Source: Myxococcota bacterium
Lineage (GTDB): Bacteria > Myxococcota_A > UBA9160 > SZUA-336
Direction: 5' to 3'
DNA: 64,000 bases
Assembly (NCBI GenBank): GCA_965247115.1
Contig: CBDFGR010000002.1
Location: forward strand, 2,112,001 to 2,176,000
The stretch's first letter is position 1. Each line of letters starts with the position of its first letter. A program made the position numbers and the translations under genes. The notes beneath the pieces were generated by a model. That model saw only the letters and a program-made list of their open reading frames with translations, did not search any database and was not told where the DNA came from. Positions 62,240 through 64,000 of this stretch are shown piece by piece.

Positions 62240-64000
62240 TCAGAAGATCCCCAGAAACCCATGGCTGGCGGCGGGCTGCGTTCGGAGGGCCCTGGAGACT
62301 TCCTCGTCGGTGATCCGTTCTGCCAGGGAAGCCGCGCTCTCGCCATCCTTGTCTCGATAGCGCTTTGCCGCGCCGGCTTCGAGCAGAACGCGGATGATCT
62401 CTGGGCTGCGGCTCTGGACCGCCAGCATGAGAGCCGTCGCCCTTCGTTCGTTACGTACGTCGACGTCGGCCTCCTTGGCGATCAGCTCCCTGACGACCCC
62501 GAGATGCGAACGAGATGCTGCGATCATGAGCGGTGTATTGCCGTTGCCGCTCTTCTCGTTGCAATTTGCGCCGTGTTGGAGCAGGACGCGCGCGACGCCG
62601 GCAAATCCCTCGTGTGCGGCAAGAGCCAGGGGAGGCCTGTCCGCCTCGTCGCGAGCACTCAAGGAGGCCCCTGCCTCGAGAAGAAGCGAGACAACCCCCG
62701 GCTTTCCCGAGCGAAGCGCCGCGAAGAACGCCTGCCCTCCCACGTCGAGCTCCGCCCCTGCCTCGAGGAGTACGGAAGCGATCCGCACGTCGCCCGAACG
62801 CAAGGCGGCCAGGAATGGCGTGCGACCCTCTCCATCGCGAGCCTCGAGCTCAGCCCCTGCGCCCAGCAATGCGCGTACGGTCGGCTGATCGCCTGCGCTG
62901 GAAGCGAGTATGAGCGCGGTCCTTCCATTCGGGGTCTTCGTCTCGGTCCGAACCCCTGCGGCGAGCAAGATTTCCACGCACTTCGCGCGCCCCCGCTCGG
63001 CGGCGACGTGGAGCGGTGTCAGGCCCTCACTGCCGGCCCTCGATGGACTGGTGCCGTTTCTCAGCAACGCGCGGACCAGCTCGGACTCCCCTGCTGCAGC
63101 GGCCCTCAGCAGAGCGGCTCCACCGTCACCCCTGCGAACTACCGCCTTGACCTGGGAGTCTGCAGAATCCCTCGGCTCTTCCGTCCGACCCCCTCCGGCT
63201 CGGCGCAACGCTGCAACGATGGCGGCGTTTCCTCGCGCAGTGGCGACGTCTAAGGCCGTCTCGCCGTCGGCGTTTCTGTGGCCGGGATCGGACCCGGCAC
63301 GGAGCAATAGGTTGACGAGCTTCGAGTGGCTCCTCTGTGCAGCGAGGATCAGGGGCGTGTTTCCATAGCGGTCGACCACGTCCTGTGGCACACGGTGGTC
63401 CAGCAGGATCCGAGCCACGGCCTGATGGCCGCCGCTCGCCGCCAGAGTCAGAGCGGAGTCGCCGAAGCTGTCGCGCATCAGGGGGTGAGCTCCCGCGTCC
63501 AGGAGAAACGCGACCGCCTCGTGGTGGCCCGCGGCTGCAGCGATGACCAGGAGCGTTCTGCCGTCCTCATCGCGTGTATCCGGTGATGAGCTCGCCGCGA
63601 TCAGCTGCTCGAGGTCTCCCACGGCTCCCGTAGAAGCGGCGCGCCGCAGGGACGCCTCGGCATCTGCACTGGCCAGTCGATCGGGAAGCGACTTCTCTAG
63701 CGTTCCGAGGCGTTCGCGAGCCTTGCGATGTCCTTGCTCTGCAGCACGGCCAAGCCAGAGGGCGGCGTCCGCGAGATCTGCTGTGACTCCCGTGCCGTTC
63801 AGGTAGCAGAGGCCAAGGCTGTACTGGGCCTTTGCATGCCCGGCTCGGGCGGCCCGAGAATACAGCGCGTAAGCCCGCTTCGCGTCCTTCCGGACGCCCT
63901 GACCGGAGCGATACAGGGCCCCGAGGTGGTACTCGGCCTCCCGATCGCCTTGCCGGGCCAGCGTCTGCCAGATGGCCGCAGCTCTGGCCGGGTCCCCTCG
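62240..64000 (-). CDS. Sel1-repeat + ankyrin-repeat protein (starts beyond window)
   Basis: Frame open to 64000 with AEYHLGALYRSGQGV and AQYSLGLCYLNGTGV, followed by many GxTPLxxAA repeats. Confidence 0.88.
   Translation of the reverse strand, partial: RGDPARAAAIWQTLARQGDREAEYHLGALYRSGQGVRKDAKRAYALYSRAARAGHAKAQYSLGLCYLNGTGVTADLADAALWLGRAAEQGHRKARERLGTLEKSLPDRLASADAEASLRRAASTGAVGDLEQLIAASSSPDTRDEDGRTLLVIAAAAGHHEAVAFLLDAGAHPLMRDSFGDSALTLAASGGHQAVARILLDHRVPQDVVDRYGNTPLILAAQRSHSKLVNLLLRAGSDPGHRNADGETALDVATARGNAAIVAALRRAGGGRTEEPRDSADSQVKAVVRRGDGGAALLRAAAAGESELVRALLRNGTSPSRAGSEGLTPLHVAAERGRAKCVEILLAAGVRTETKTPNGRTALILASSAGDQPTVRALLGAGAELEARDGEGRTPFLAALRSGDVRIASVLLEAGAELDVGGQAFFAALRSGKPGVVSLLLEAGASLSARDEADRPPLALAAHEGFAGVARVLLQHGANCNEKSGNGNTPLMIAASRSHLGVVRELIAKEADVDVRNERRATALMLAVQSRSPEIIRVLLEAGAAKRYRDKDGESAASLAERITDEEVSRALRTQPAASHGFLGIF

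Overview
GC-rich bacterial accessory region with no housekeeping genes. About 30 intact, mostly single catabolic or uptake genes are present: amidohydrolases, class III CoA-transferases, Baeyer-Villiger monooxygenases, PQQ dehydrogenases, an LLM monooxygenase, PPOX proteins, a thiolase/DUF35 pair, an amidase, TonB receptors and an MFS transporter. Between them lie about 20 short, cut fragments of unrelated genes. Structural highlights: (1) a 1,941-bp promoter+amidohydrolase unit in two inverted copies, with no differences seen by eye, flanking 44.6 kb, plus two partial copies; (2) a tyrosine integrase split by a 1.4-kb transposase-free amidohydrolase cassette with a 9-bp direct repeat; (3) a 2.9-kb block moved in inverted orientation, which breaks three genes; (4) two IS5-family copies with CTAG duplications; (5) three group II intron remnants, one ending inside an ATG; (6) a degenerate tmRNA 3' end; (7) a peroxiredoxin-like ORF with an in-frame UGA in a W-U-P-P-C motif and a SECIS-like hairpin (probable selenoprotein). 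Family calls come from motif recognition by eye, not database searches. Assembly chimerism cannot be excluded without reads.
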